Assembly: GCA_964419495.1 (NCBI GenBank)
Contig: CAYQQX010000003.1
Coordinates: 4,943 to 68,942 of the forward strand
DNA length: 64,000 nt
Origin: an uncultured Anaerolineales bacterium
GTDB taxonomy: Bacteria; Chloroflexota; Anaerolineae; Anaerolineales; UBA11858
Reading direction: 5' to 3'
The position numbers and the translations under genes are program-made. The notes under the pieces were generated by a model, which was not told where the DNA came from, did no database searches, and saw only the letters and a program-made list of their open reading frames with translations. Shown in pieces: positions 1 to 10,040 of the stretch (positions within the stretch are counted from its first letter, which is position 1; each line of letters opens with the position of its first letter).

Positions 1-289
1 TTTGTTGGCGATCCAGATCATAGATGTTAGTGCCGTTGATCCCAACGCGGCCCCCGGTTGGTTCTAATAATCGGAGCATGGTTCTACCTACAGTGGTTTT
101 CCCGCACCCAGACTCGCCTACCAATCCTAAGGTTTCCCCGCGCTTGATGGTGAAACTAACCCCATCAACAGCTTGCACCCAATCGATAATCTTCTTGAGT
201 ACTCCACCACGTATGGGGAAGTATTTGACCAAGTCTTGAACAACAATCAGATCATCGCCACGGCCATTCCCCTGGTTATGTTTGTTCAT
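1..289 (-). CDS. Opp/Dpp-type ABC transporter ATP-binding protein, N-terminal part (runs off the left edge)
   Basis: It is absent from the ORF track because it is edge-truncated. The reverse complement from the ATG at 289..287 reads [25 protein letters not shown]...[24 protein letters not shown], with a Walker A motif. The + strand ORF 24..239 is its antisense shadow. Confidence 0.85.
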   Translation of the reverse strand, partial: MNKHNQGNGRGDDLIVVQDLVKYFPIRGGVLKKIIDWVQAVDGVSFTIKRGETLGLVGESGCGKTTVGRTMLRLLEPTGGRVGINGTNIYDLDRQQ

Positions 290-325
290 TCATTCTCCTG
301 AAACATACAAGTAAATTGATCATCA

Positions 326-1495
326 TCATACCATGTGGGTTACACTGACCCGAGTGTAGACATCAATTTCTTCCAGCTCGCGGAAGAAGGGTTCCGGATC
401 GATGGCAAGTTCGGGAGGGTAAACACCTGCATCGACCTTACCTTCCGCCAACCAGATCGCCGCAATCGCGGGAACAGCACCTGTTGGCCAGGCACCCTTG
501 ACGGTCACGGTTCCTAAGCGATAACTGAGATCTTTACCATCTTTTGTGCCGTTGATTTCGGTAACAATCTCTTTGACCCAATCGGGCGGCTGAGTTGTCG
601 GCGGAGCCAGCAAATCGACAAGCTCAGGAACATAACCGCCCATCAGCGCCATCATGAGATCGTGTGGCACAACTTGCTGACCTTTGACATCAATTGGCTG
701 ATCACTGTTGAAGCCAAAATCAACCAAAATACTTACCTTCTCGATCATTTCCTTGGCCATGCCCCAGTAGTTGATCTTGAAAAAACATTCTTGCACGCCT
801 TTATCTGCGAAGGAGACTGGCAAAGTGGCGACTTCTGAGTGCAAAGAAAGATGCATGGGCAACATACCCAAAGGCTCAATGAACCAGTAATCTTCGAAAC
901 CACTCAAGGGGGGCTTGGCTTTGAACTCGCCATCCTCGAAAACCATCGGTTCTACGGTCAGCTCTTCTACAATGGTCGGGACAGCATACGAGAAATTCGT
1001 GCTATCTGGCGGTGGGGGTTTGATGCCATCGAATATCTTGATGCTCTCGATGGTATCTAAGCGATCTGCCGCGTAACGAGCCTGAATATTAGGCATCCCC
1101 GGCGCGGATCCCAACCCCAGGACAGCGCAGAGCCCAGCTTCCTTGAAACGCTCATGTAACTCAAGTTGTTTTCGAGTTACAAAAAACAACCCGCCCATAT
1201 CGTTATAATGAACACCAGCTTCAAGGCAGGCTTCCATCACCTGTAGGTTGGTATAGTAAACCGTAGCATTGAGACAGGCGTCTGCGCCCTTGAGCGCAGC
1301 GACCAGTTCAGCATAGTCATTGACATCAACAGCCTGGATCTTAACCTTTGGGCTGTTCAGATAATCTGCGACAACCTTGGCGTTTTCCATATTGATATCG
1401 GCAATGACAACTTCATCGACGCGCGAGTCGTTGGCCAAAGCTTGGACCGAAATACAACCCATTTTTCCAGCACCACCTAGAACAACGATTTTCAT
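326..1495 (-). CDS. Saccharopine dehydrogenase family NAD(P)-binding oxidoreductase
   Basis: It is 389 aa with an N-terminal Rossmann motif MKIVVLGGAGKMG. The overall layout matches Sacchrp_dh-type enzymes, a family that also holds carboxy(nor)spermidine dehydrogenases. Confidence 0.7.
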   Translation of the reverse strand: MKIVVLGGAGKMGCISVQALANDSRVDEVVIADINMENAKVVADYLNSPKVKIQAVDVNDYAELVAALKGADACLNATVYYTNLQVMEACLEAGVHYNDMGGLFFVTRKQLELHERFKEAGLCAVLGLGSAPGMPNIQARYAADRLDTIESIKIFDGIKPPPPDSTNFSYAVPTIVEELTVEPMVFEDGEFKAKPPLSGFEDYWFIEPLGMLPMHLSLHSEVATLPVSFADKGVQECFFKINYWGMAKEMIEKVSILVDFGFNSDQPIDVKGQQVVPHDLMMALMGGYVPELVDLLAPPTTQPPDWVKEIVTEINGTKDGKDLSYRLGTVTVKGAWPTGAVPAIAAIWLAEGKVDAGVYPPELAIDPEPFFRELEEIDVYTRVSVTHMV

Positions 1496-1597
1496 TTACA
1501 GCCTCCTAAAGCTATAAAATTCACCGCAAAGTCACTAAGAACGCAAAGGAATTTTTCTCTTAGCTATCTCTGCTTCTTCGCGGTGATTCTTCTATCA

Positions 1598-3481
1598 TCA
1601 ATCCATTAATTCGGCCACCCAATCTAGGCCTAATTCTGCCAACCTATCCTTCGTGGGCATACCGGTAGAAGTTTCCCAACCAGCCTCCTCATAATACATG
1701 TCTTTGGCAATTTCCAGCACTCCCTCATCCAGCGCAACACCATCAGTAGCTCCCCCCACTCGAGGCTGGAACAGCTTAGGCGGTAGTTTATCTTGATCAC
1801 GTCCGACACCTTCACGGGCGTTATATACTCGGAGCATATTCAGGCGTCGAGCACCCACCTCCAGCAGCTCTTCCATGCTCACATCCCAACCCGTGACCAA
1901 TTCGACGAGATTCCGCAATTGTTCGGAACTATATAATTGCCAGGATGGCCCAAAGACAAACTGACAGATATTAATTGTGTCTAAGGCTGAATAAAGGTAT
2001 TGAGTAGTCAGTGCATAACGCACCTTCTCAAGGTTGAGCACGTCTGCCGGCTGAGGATTTGTCAAGCCAATTTCTTTCATCTTTTCTGGATAATCTTCAT
2101 AGGAGGGGTCGTGCTCACTGGATTGGTGATCTGCGCCAAAGGGGTTGACGGCGTAGATCAATCCTAGCGATCGCTTAACTTCGGGCATGTGTGCGGGCAG
2201 TTCCAGTCCTTTAACCGCCACAACCAGATCCTGGCCTTTACCCAGTTTTTCTGCTGCTTTCGCTGATCCTTCTGCCAGCATATCCCCAAAACCCTCACGC
2301 AAGGCAATCATCTTAGTCATCTCAGTCATTACCTTTGCATCGCCGAAACGCAGTTCAATGCCGCCAGTGTCTTTCTTCGTGAGGATACCTTGCTCGAAAC
2401 AATCCATCGCCCAGGCGATCGTTGCTCCACAGGAGATCGTATCCATGCCATATTGGTTGCAGTATTGATTGGCAAGGGATACAGAAGGTAGATTGTCGAT
2501 ACCGCAATACGAACCAAACGTAGATACCGTTTCGTATTCTGGACCACCATGAACTGGATCAACTAAGTAATCCCCTTCGGTAACCTCAACAACCCGTTTG
2601 CATTTAACTGTGCAGGCGTAACAGGTATCACGTTCTTTCAAGATGGTATCAGCCATGGTCTTGCCATCGAGGGCTTCAAAGCCTTCAAAGGTCCCAGACT
2701 TCCAGTTGCGGGTTGGCAAGCCACCTGTTTCATCCTGCCAACTTGTGACTTCAGCCGTCCCATACATACCCATGCCAAAGATGTCAGAGTCGGGAAAATT
2801 TTTGGCGCCCCAGCGAGCCAAATCATTCAAGCCACTTTTGTCGACCACCGTCGGACGCATTTTACCGCGCACCGCGATAGCCTTTAGATTTTTGCTACCC
2901 ATCACTGCACCAAGACCAGTGCGGCCATTGGCACGGTTTGCCATGCTAATCAGTGCAGCGAAGCGAACGAGGTTCTCTCCGGCAATCCCGGTTTGGAGAA
3001 TATGAACGCGTTTGTCATCTAATTCAGTTTTGATCAAGGATTCAACTTCAGCGGTATCCTTACCCCATAGATGCTCTGCCGGGCGCAATTCAACTTCCCC
3101 TTCCTTAATCCAAAGGTATACTGGTTTCTCGGCTTTTCCATGTAGAATAATCCCATCAAATCCAGCAAACTTCATCTCCGCGGGGAAGAACCCGCCAGAT
3201 TGGGAATCGCCGATCGCCCCGGTGAGGGGAGATTTTGCCGAAGCCGTCATACGGCTCTGCCCAGAGATGGCTACACCGGTCAGCACACTGAGTGTGAGTG
3301 CCAGGGTATTCTTTGGGTCAAAGGGATCGACGTTGGGCGGCGTGTGCTTGAGAACATAATACATACCCAAAGCACTTCCACCCATGTACTTGCGGTAAAA
3401 CTCATCGGATGGTGTTTCAACTTCCCACGTGAGATCACCCAAATTTACATGCAGTATCTTTCCATGATATCCGTCAGGCAT
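1598..3481 (-). CDS. Aldehyde:ferredoxin oxidoreductase (tungstopterin AOR family)
   Basis: It is 627 aa. The N-terminus GKILHVNLGD...YMGGSALGMYYV...SPLTGAIGDSQSGGFF is typical of AOR. A CxxCxxxC cluster motif (CYACTVKC) is present. Confidence 0.85.
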   Translation of the reverse strand: MPDGYHGKILHVNLGDLTWEVETPSDEFYRKYMGGSALGMYYVLKHTPPNVDPFDPKNTLALTLSVLTGVAISGQSRMTASAKSPLTGAIGDSQSGGFFPAEMKFAGFDGIILHGKAEKPVYLWIKEGEVELRPAEHLWGKDTAEVESLIKTELDDKRVHILQTGIAGENLVRFAALISMANRANGRTGLGAVMGSKNLKAIAVRGKMRPTVVDKSGLNDLARWGAKNFPDSDIFGMGMYGTAEVTSWQDETGGLPTRNWKSGTFEGFEALDGKTMADTILKERDTCYACTVKCKRVVEVTEGDYLVDPVHGGPEYETVSTFGSYCGIDNLPSVSLANQYCNQYGMDTISCGATIAWAMDCFEQGILTKKDTGGIELRFGDAKVMTEMTKMIALREGFGDMLAEGSAKAAEKLGKGQDLVVAVKGLELPAHMPEVKRSLGLIYAVNPFGADHQSSEHDPSYEDYPEKMKEIGLTNPQPADVLNLEKVRYALTTQYLYSALDTINICQFVFGPSWQLYSSEQLRNLVELVTGWDVSMEELLEVGARRLNMLRVYNAREGVGRDQDKLPPKLFQPRVGGATDGVALDEGVLEIAKDMYYEEAGWETSTGMPTKDRLAELGLDWVAELMD

Positions 3482-3496
3482 AACAACCTCCTTAAA

Positions 3497-4813
3497 TCAA
3501 CTCACTGCAGCTCTAACCGAGTCATTGAATTTATTAAGAGTTTCATCTACATCGCCATCGCTGAGCGCATGACACAAGAACCAGGGTTCCCGACCATCCC
3601 CATCAGGTTGAATACCGCGCTTGATTAGTTCAATTGCGATCTCCTCATAAAGACCTCCATCACCTTTGAGATAATCTCTAAAGTCATGAGGTTCTTCATC
3701 TTTGCCCAAAAAGATGCCAGGCATTGTTGGCACACCAATGACCACATGGGGGATACCAGCCTCGGTGAGTATTTCATCAATGCCTTTCATCAAGGCCTCG
3801 CCACGTTTGTTTATAGTTTCGATGACCGGCTGCGTCTCCAGTATTTCAAGTGTGGCATCAGCAGCAGCAACACCAACAACATTTCCGGAATACGTGCCAC
3901 CATGGGCCATGGATCCGGGTTGAATGGTCATCATGACATCTTCCTTCCCAGCAATAGCTGCTACTGGAAATCCGTTTCCCATGGCCTTGGCGTAGGTGAC
4001 CAAATCCGCCTGGATGCCGAAATACTCCTGAGCACCACCATTGGCTATACGAAAGCCGGTTTTGACTTCATCAAAAACCATCACGATGCCATACTTGTCG
4101 CATAATTCACGTATCTTTTCATGGAAGCCAGGTTTGGGCATGATGCTGGCGCAGTTTCCCAACATGGGCTCAATAAAGATTGCCGCCAAATCTTCCCATT
4201 CTTTTTCAATGGTTTCCTCTAATCTTTCAAAATCATTGAACGGCAAATTGATAACATATTTTTTGATGTCTTTAGGAATACCCAAGGAATTCGGCGCGGT
4301 ATTGGCACCACCTATGCTGCCAAGCGTTTCCTCACTAGCCGAGGCGGTTCCATACATGAAATAATCGATCATGCCATGGTATTGGCCCTCGAATTTGATG
4401 AATTTCTCCCTCTTGGTGTGAGCTCGGGCAATCCGTAAAGCGTGGAAGGTGGCCTCGGTTCCTGTATTTGTCAGACGCACCTTGTCAACCTTGCACATGC
4501 GCGCGATGCGCTCAGCAACAGTGATCTCCAGGGGAGTTGTCCAGGCAAAGATATTGCCCATATCTAGAGACTCTTGAACTCGTGCGCTCACTGCGGGGTG
4601 GGCATGCCCCAAAATTACCGGTCCGAATCCCAAACGGTAATCTATGTACCTTTTGCCGTCTTGATCCCAAACATAGGTGCCTTCACCACGGGAAACGACT
4701 AAAGTATCGTCATCGCCCCAATAGCGAAAATTCGAATTCACCCCATGCGGAATAAACTTCTTGGCCTTCTGAAATATTGCTTTTGTTTTGTCTCCTGAAA
4801 TACCCATGAGCAT
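3497..4813 (-). CDS. Class-III PLP aminotransferase (glutamate-1-semialdehyde aminomutase-like)
   Basis: It is 438 aa and contains GEGTYVWDQDGKRYIDYRLGFGPVILGHAHP, VMVFDEVKTGFR and TYAKAMGNGFP (the PLP-lysine region). Confidence 0.8.
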   Translation of the reverse strand: MLMGISGDKTKAIFQKAKKFIPHGVNSNFRYWGDDDTLVVSRGEGTYVWDQDGKRYIDYRLGFGPVILGHAHPAVSARVQESLDMGNIFAWTTPLEITVAERIARMCKVDKVRLTNTGTEATFHALRIARAHTKREKFIKFEGQYHGMIDYFMYGTASASEETLGSIGGANTAPNSLGIPKDIKKYVINLPFNDFERLEETIEKEWEDLAAIFIEPMLGNCASIMPKPGFHEKIRELCDKYGIVMVFDEVKTGFRIANGGAQEYFGIQADLVTYAKAMGNGFPVAAIAGKEDVMMTIQPGSMAHGGTYSGNVVGVAAADATLEILETQPVIETINKRGEALMKGIDEILTEAGIPHVVIGVPTMPGIFLGKDEEPHDFRDYLKGDGGLYEEIAIELIKRGIQPDGDGREPWFLCHALSDGDVDETLNKFNDSVRAAVS

Positions 4814-4842
4814 TCTCCTTTTATTTTCTAGTAATTATATTT

Positions 4843-6123
4843 TTATGATAACCAATCTCGTACTCGGTAATACATTACCGCCAGCGGCATAAACCAGGGA
4901 TTTTTCCGATAGAAGAAGAACGTCTGGTGGGGAATTTCAGCAAAAGGACTGCTGTCCTTCTCTCCAGTGATCAGCTGTGCAACCTCGCGTCCCAGATAGA
5001 TAGCCGTATGCAGGCCATGCCCACAATTGCCCAAAGCATAGTAAATTCCGTCGAGAGTCCCAATATGAGGCATCAAGTCGAACGTCAAGCCCAATTGGCC
5101 TGTCCAGGAATGGGTGACAGAGATATCACTCAATTGCGGAAAGGCTCGTACCATTTCTTTCCTCAGAACCTCCGCCGAACCGGCCAAATCAAGTGTAGTG
5201 CTCAGGTTGTTTCTACCACCCCAAAGCATGCGGCCATCGGGGGTCAGGCGGAAATAATTCAAGAACCACTTGCTATCCCAGAACGTCATACCTCGCGGGC
5301 TGATTTCCTGCTGTAATTCTTTAGACAGCGGCTCCGTAACGATGCTGTAACTGCCTACGGGGATGACCTTTGAGCGTAATCCTCGCACTACCTCGTCAGT
5401 GTAGCCATTGGTGGCAACGACGACGTGCTTGGCTTGAATGCTTCCTCGATCTGAATGGACAAGATATCCGTTGGTTTGATTTTCGATTCGGGTTACTGCT
5501 GCATTCTCACATAAAAGAGCGCCATATTTGGCAGCAATTTCCGCCATGCCAAAAACCAATTTCGCAGGATGTAAATCGGCGCCGTGCGCATCAACAACAC
5601 CTCCAAAATATGCATCACTGCCAATGTACGCTCGCATATCTTCCGGTGAGATTAATTCCAGCTCATGATCTAATGTGTCGGCATGCCAATGTTTCCATTG
5701 TGGATCCTCTTCATAATGGGAAGGTTTATAGTAAACACTCATATCCCCATTCTGATGCCAATCGCAATCGATACCCTCCTCATAAACGAGTTCTTTGATC
5801 AATTCTAAAGCATCTAATGAAATATTCCAAAATATGTGGCCATATTCTTCGCCATATATTTTGAATATCTTGTTTGTTTTCTGTTTCAGGCTGCAGCCAG
5901 TGATGCCGGCATTCCGGGAGGAAGCCCCCCAGCCCATAGTTTCACTCTCCAACACTGCGACAGAAACTCCATCTTTGGCAAGGGTACGGGCCGCGCTCAG
6001 TCCGGTATAGCCGCCTCCAATAACAGCGACATCAATTTTGCCAGGAAGATCCTCGGCGACTGGAAGATCGACGGGTCGGGGATAGTCATCAATCCAATAG
6101 GATGTGAATTTCATTGAGTTCAT
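4843..6123 (-). CDS. FAD-dependent oxidoreductase (DAO family, gamma-glutamylputrescine-oxidase-like)
   Basis: It is 426 aa with the dinucleotide-binding motif DVAVIGGGYTGLSAA. It is a distant paralogue of 44234..45589 and 45630..46994. Confidence 0.75.
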   Translation of the reverse strand: MNSMKFTSYWIDDYPRPVDLPVAEDLPGKIDVAVIGGGYTGLSAARTLAKDGVSVAVLESETMGWGASSRNAGITGCSLKQKTNKIFKIYGEEYGHIFWNISLDALELIKELVYEEGIDCDWHQNGDMSVYYKPSHYEEDPQWKHWHADTLDHELELISPEDMRAYIGSDAYFGGVVDAHGADLHPAKLVFGMAEIAAKYGALLCENAAVTRIENQTNGYLVHSDRGSIQAKHVVVATNGYTDEVVRGLRSKVIPVGSYSIVTEPLSKELQQEISPRGMTFWDSKWFLNYFRLTPDGRMLWGGRNNLSTTLDLAGSAEVLRKEMVRAFPQLSDISVTHSWTGQLGLTFDLMPHIGTLDGIYYALGNCGHGLHTAIYLGREVAQLITGEKDSSPFAEIPHQTFFFYRKNPWFMPLAVMYYRVRDWLS

Positions 6124-6194
6124 TCCTTCAAAAGTGATTTAGTCGTCATTGTTTTTTGTTTTGAATAGTCATCGAAATCAGAAATACTCAATTT

Positions 6195-7625
6195 TCAGGC
6201 TTCTTTGGCCCTTTGCTCGATGCGATCCAGTTCTTTTTCAACTTCGGGAGGCAACGGCAAGGGTTTGTGCTCAGCTAGTAATCTATCAACTTTTTCGCGA
6301 GCTTCTTCCAGGATGTCTCTCTTCCCGGAAGCTTCCCATGACTTACGGGGCTCATGTACACCGAGACGAGGGATCAGCCATTCCCCGGACCGCATGCTGA
6401 TGGCTGTGGATTTCTCACCCAGAAAATTTCCGCCCGGGCCAACGCGTTGGATAACGTCATCCAGCCAAGTACTCTCACTTGCTTTGATCCCCCGATGAGC
6501 CTGCTTGTTCATTCGAAACATCTCAGCGTCGATGACCAACTGCTCGAGGCTCAAGATCATTGACCCGCCAAGTAATCCGGCTCCAATCATTAAATCTGGC
6601 CAGGAGAGCATCGGCAGCATGGCGTTCATGGAGCGTTCAAGGCTGGCTTGAATTCCAGGAGCATAGGTATCCGTTCCTCCACCAGACCCTTCAACAGGTA
6701 ATTCGTAGTAGCGCGCCATCTCGATGATAGCGCTTCCGAGCAATCCATTTTCGATTGCACCAGAGCTTAACATCCCCGTGCGCGGATTCATAACCGACTG
6801 AACTGCCGCGTATATAAATGGCGTTCCGGGCGCAGCAGCCTGAACGAGGCACAACATTGATAACACTTCACAGTTGCCCAGAATGGTTACTGAAAGCATG
6901 CTCCCTGGGCCTGTGCCTCCCATCAGGGCCATTGGCATGACAGCAATAGGGATATCCCAACCAACGAGTTCTAAATAAGCATCTGTGTGTTGCTCTTCAA
7001 TGATCAATGGTGATTGCGGACAGACCAAAAAAGAGTAGGGATGATTTTGGCGGATTGTTTTTTTATCGCCAAATACTGCTTGCAAAACTTCCAGCAACCA
7101 GCGACTTTCTTCGGCCGTTGCCGGAGAGTCTTGGATGTGCTTGGAGAAGTTTCTGAACATTTTCCGCCAGTGACTGATTGAATCTGGGATTGTTTCTTGC
7201 CCTTCCCCGGGATCGGCCATTGCCCAATACACACCGATCTCATCCAGTGCATCTGTAATTCGGGTAGATTCCAACCAATCGTTGTAAGTGGTTGGTCGAT
7301 GCTCACCTGTTTTACGATCGATTACAGTAATCCCTTCCCCATCAGGCATCAACGTACAATCCCCGCTGTTCATAGGCAGATCCCAGCCAGGACGGCGTGC
7401 CCCAAGGCTGAATGTCTTTGGTGCCAGCCGCAGCGATTCTTCTACCAAGGCTCGCGGGATACGAACGATTTTTGTGTTTTCATCCACTTCAGCACCGGCA
7501 TCTTTGAGATACTGGCGCCCTTTAGCAGTATCAACTCGTACACCCGTTTCAGCCAGGATCTTCAGCGAACGCTCATGCACTTGCGTTTTTTCATTTTCAG
7601 AGAGAACTTGAAGTAAAGTTTCCAA
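6195..7625 (-). CDS. MttB-superfamily methyltransferase (non-Pyl), divergent clade
   Basis: It is 476 aa with an apparent TTG start. It has the MttB-like N-terminus (ERSLKILAETGVRVD) and contains NPRTG and GPGGNFLGEKST. There is no in-frame TAG. Confidence 0.8.
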   Translation of the reverse strand: METLLQVLSENEKTQVHERSLKILAETGVRVDTAKGRQYLKDAGAEVDENTKIVRIPRALVEESLRLAPKTFSLGARRPGWDLPMNSGDCTLMPDGEGITVIDRKTGEHRPTTYNDWLESTRITDALDEIGVYWAMADPGEGQETIPDSISHWRKMFRNFSKHIQDSPATAEESRWLLEVLQAVFGDKKTIRQNHPYSFLVCPQSPLIIEEQHTDAYLELVGWDIPIAVMPMALMGGTGPGSMLSVTILGNCEVLSMLCLVQAAAPGTPFIYAAVQSVMNPRTGMLSSGAIENGLLGSAIIEMARYYELPVEGSGGGTDTYAPGIQASLERSMNAMLPMLSWPDLMIGAGLLGGSMILSLEQLVIDAEMFRMNKQAHRGIKASESTWLDDVIQRVGPGGNFLGEKSTAISMRSGEWLIPRLGVHEPRKSWEASGKRDILEEAREKVDRLLAEHKPLPLPPEVEKELDRIEQRAKEA

Positions 7626-7638
7626 AGCTTATCCTTAT

Positions 7639-9081
7639 TTATGCGAGTTCTTTTTCTGCGGCTTCAATAATACGTTTCAGTTCAGTTTGCTGATCTTCAG
7701 TCAGCTGTTCGGGATGATGGTTCTTTAGGATCCAATCCGTTTTCTCTCTTGCAACCACAATGGGATCCCGGTAACTGCCATCCTTTTCTGGGACATTAAC
7801 CACTTCCGAATATTCGAATTTATGCATGAATTCGCGAGTATGATGTTGACCAAGGTAGTGCCCTCTTTGGCCCACTTTTTGTATTACATCCAACGCCATT
7901 TTTTCTGGGCTGATATCCACTCCACCTGAATTTACTCGAACGCTGTGATAAAGTTCGGCGTCCAATACAAGGCCTTCCGGGTAGAGCAATGTACTGCCTT
8001 CCAGCAATCCCATTCCACTGCCAGTTTCCGCGCCGCATAAAGCACACAGCAAGGATGACACACCTCCGCCCATGGTTGATTCCCAACCTGGCTTGGATGC
8101 GCCACCCCCGAAAGTGCCTGCTAACGTAGGAACGCCCCACATATGTGCTAGTTCTACGCCAACGGCGTAAATGGTGGCATCATGTGAAATATAAGCCCCT
8201 GTACGTGGATGTGTCAGTCCTGGCATAAAGGAGTGATAGATAGGTGCACCGGGATAGGCCATCTGCATAAGCACCATGGCTGAGACTATTTCTGCATCAC
8301 CTTCTGATATTGTGCCTTCAATGGTAGCAGGAGAAGTTGATCCCGTATTGGGCATGGACATAAAACCAACTGGAATGCCCGCTTCAGCAGCTACCAAAGC
8401 GGCATCCATGCTCTCAGCATCCTGCGCCAATGGCGCAATAGTGCAAATCAGCAATGAAAGCGGTGGGCGTTTGCGCATTGTCTCTTCATCCCCAGCGACC
8501 ACTTTAGCCATTTCCACAGCATAACGGGTTGTAATTTCCTCTACAACCGTTGGAGTTTGAACGTGTTTGAGAGTGTTATTGAAGGAAGCATCTAATTCGT
8601 GAAGAGATGGGCAAATTGGATGGTCCTGGGCACTCACCATCGGCCAATAGAAACTGATCGAGGATAAATAATCGGCAATACGGGCAGATTTGGCCACATC
8701 GTTTTTTAGGGAAGAACGCAGCTCCCCAGTATCATAATCGACTGTTTTTGTTCCGGTACCGTCCGTGGCTTCATATGTTTCCCCTTTTGACAAATCGAGA
8801 TCGAAAGCCTCTATGCGGCCTCCCATGGTGTAGTAGCGCGGTGCATGAGATAGCGCTTCAAGGATCACATCTGGCGACAGCTTGACAATTTGTGTGTCGA
8901 AATCAACATCACCTCCATGCTCGGCGTAGATTTTCAATGCGCGTTCTGATGGGCAATGAAAACCGGTTTTCTCAAGAATTTCAAAGGTATTATTTTTGAA
9001 CTGCTCCAGTTGCTCATCGCTCAGAATACGAACGCGAAATGCAGGTTTGATGGGTTTGATGGGTGGTGTTGTGCTGGTCAT
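7639..9081 (-). CDS. MttB-superfamily methyltransferase (non-Pyl)
   Basis: It contains the blocks SFYWPMVSAQD, NTLKHVQ, MPNTGSTSPAT, DAEIVSAMVLMQMAYPGAP, HPRTG and LLYPE. I prefer the ATG at 9081 (GGAGA 5 nt upstream) over the TTG at 9102 used by the ORF track. It is a close paralogue of 29944..31395. Confidence 0.85.
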   Translation of the reverse strand: MTSTTPPIKPIKPAFRVRILSDEQLEQFKNNTFEILEKTGFHCPSERALKIYAEHGGDVDFDTQIVKLSPDVILEALSHAPRYYTMGGRIEAFDLDLSKGETYEATDGTGTKTVDYDTGELRSSLKNDVAKSARIADYLSSISFYWPMVSAQDHPICPSLHELDASFNNTLKHVQTPTVVEEITTRYAVEMAKVVAGDEETMRKRPPLSLLICTIAPLAQDAESMDAALVAAEAGIPVGFMSMPNTGSTSPATIEGTISEGDAEIVSAMVLMQMAYPGAPIYHSFMPGLTHPRTGAYISHDATIYAVGVELAHMWGVPTLAGTFGGGASKPGWESTMGGGVSSLLCALCGAETGSGMGLLEGSTLLYPEGLVLDAELYHSVRVNSGGVDISPEKMALDVIQKVGQRGHYLGQHHTREFMHKFEYSEVVNVPEKDGSYRDPIVVAREKTDWILKNHHPEQLTEDQQTELKRIIEAAEKELA

Positions 9082-9098
9082 TAATTCTCCATATTGAG

Positions 9099-10031
9099 TC
9101 AATCAGAATATAATTTGAGCAGATCGCCGTAGCTATCCACTCGCCGGTCACGATAGGGGAATGAAAACTGCTTCTTGGTTTCTTCTACATCGGCTAAATC
9201 AACGGGGCATATGACAAGCTCTTCGTGATCTCGGGAAGCTTGTTTCACAATGCTCCCATCCGGGTCAGCGACAAAGCTCTGGCCCCAAAAATTGATCCCG
9301 CTTTCTCCGTTGGGCCCCACACCGGGCGAATTACCATGGGTCTGTGGAAGCGCAATTGACGGGTATTCTTCAAAGCCCACCCGGTTGACTGCGGCCAAAA
9401 AACAAGCATTGGCAACAGCATGACCGCGCTGGACTACTTGCCAGGATTGGTCGTATTCGGAACCCTCCTCAGGTTGAGAATATCCAATTGCAGTAGGGAT
9501 AAAGATGATCTCTGCTCCTTGAAGGCCTAACAACCGGGCAGGTTCCGGATACCACTGGTCCCAACAGATCAAGACTCCAATATCGGCATATCGAGTGTGG
9601 AAAACCTTATATCCCAGGTCACCAGGTGTGAAGTAGAACTTCTCATAATAATGGGGATCATCAGGGATGTGCATCTTGCGATATTTCCCTACGTAGCCCC
9701 CATCGGCATCGATAACCACAGTCGTGTTATGGTAAAGACCCAAGGCTCGCTTTTCGAACAGGCTGGCGATGAGCACTACTTGAAAATCCTTCGCCAATTT
9801 ACTTAAGGTTTGAACTGTGGAGCCATCTTTGGAAACATCTTCTGCCAGATCAAAATGTGTGGAATCCTCTGACTGGCAAAAATAAAGTGATTTGAACAAT
9901 TCTTGCATGCAGATGATCTGAGCGCCTTCAGATGCTGCCTGCTCAATATAATTGAGTGTCTTTTCAAAGTTCGCTTGCACATCTTCGGTGCAAGTCATCT
10001 GGATCAAGCCAATATTGGCAACTCTGCTCAC
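9099..10031 (-). CDS. aguB: N-carbamoylputrescine amidase (carbon-nitrogen hydrolase)
   Basis: It is 310 aa with a GTG start behind AGGAG. The nitrilase-superfamily catalytic Cys lies in VLICWDQWYPE. It sits immediately downstream of agmatine deiminase. Confidence 0.8.
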   Translation of the reverse strand: MSRVANIGLIQMTCTEDVQANFEKTLNYIEQAASEGAQIICMQELFKSLYFCQSEDSTHFDLAEDVSKDGSTVQTLSKLAKDFQVVLIASLFEKRALGLYHNTTVVIDADGGYVGKYRKMHIPDDPHYYEKFYFTPGDLGYKVFHTRYADIGVLICWDQWYPEPARLLGLQGAEIIFIPTAIGYSQPEEGSEYDQSWQVVQRGHAVANACFLAAVNRVGFEEYPSIALPQTHGNSPGVGPNGESGINFWGQSFVADPDGSIVKQASRDHEELVICPVDLADVEETKKQFSFPYRDRRVDSYGDLLKLYSD

Positions 10032-10040
10032 TGCATTCTC

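Noticed and set aside
24-239. 71-aa + strand ORF at the left edge
   Set aside because: It is antisense to a clear OppF/DppF-type ATPase N-terminus (Walker A) on the - strand.
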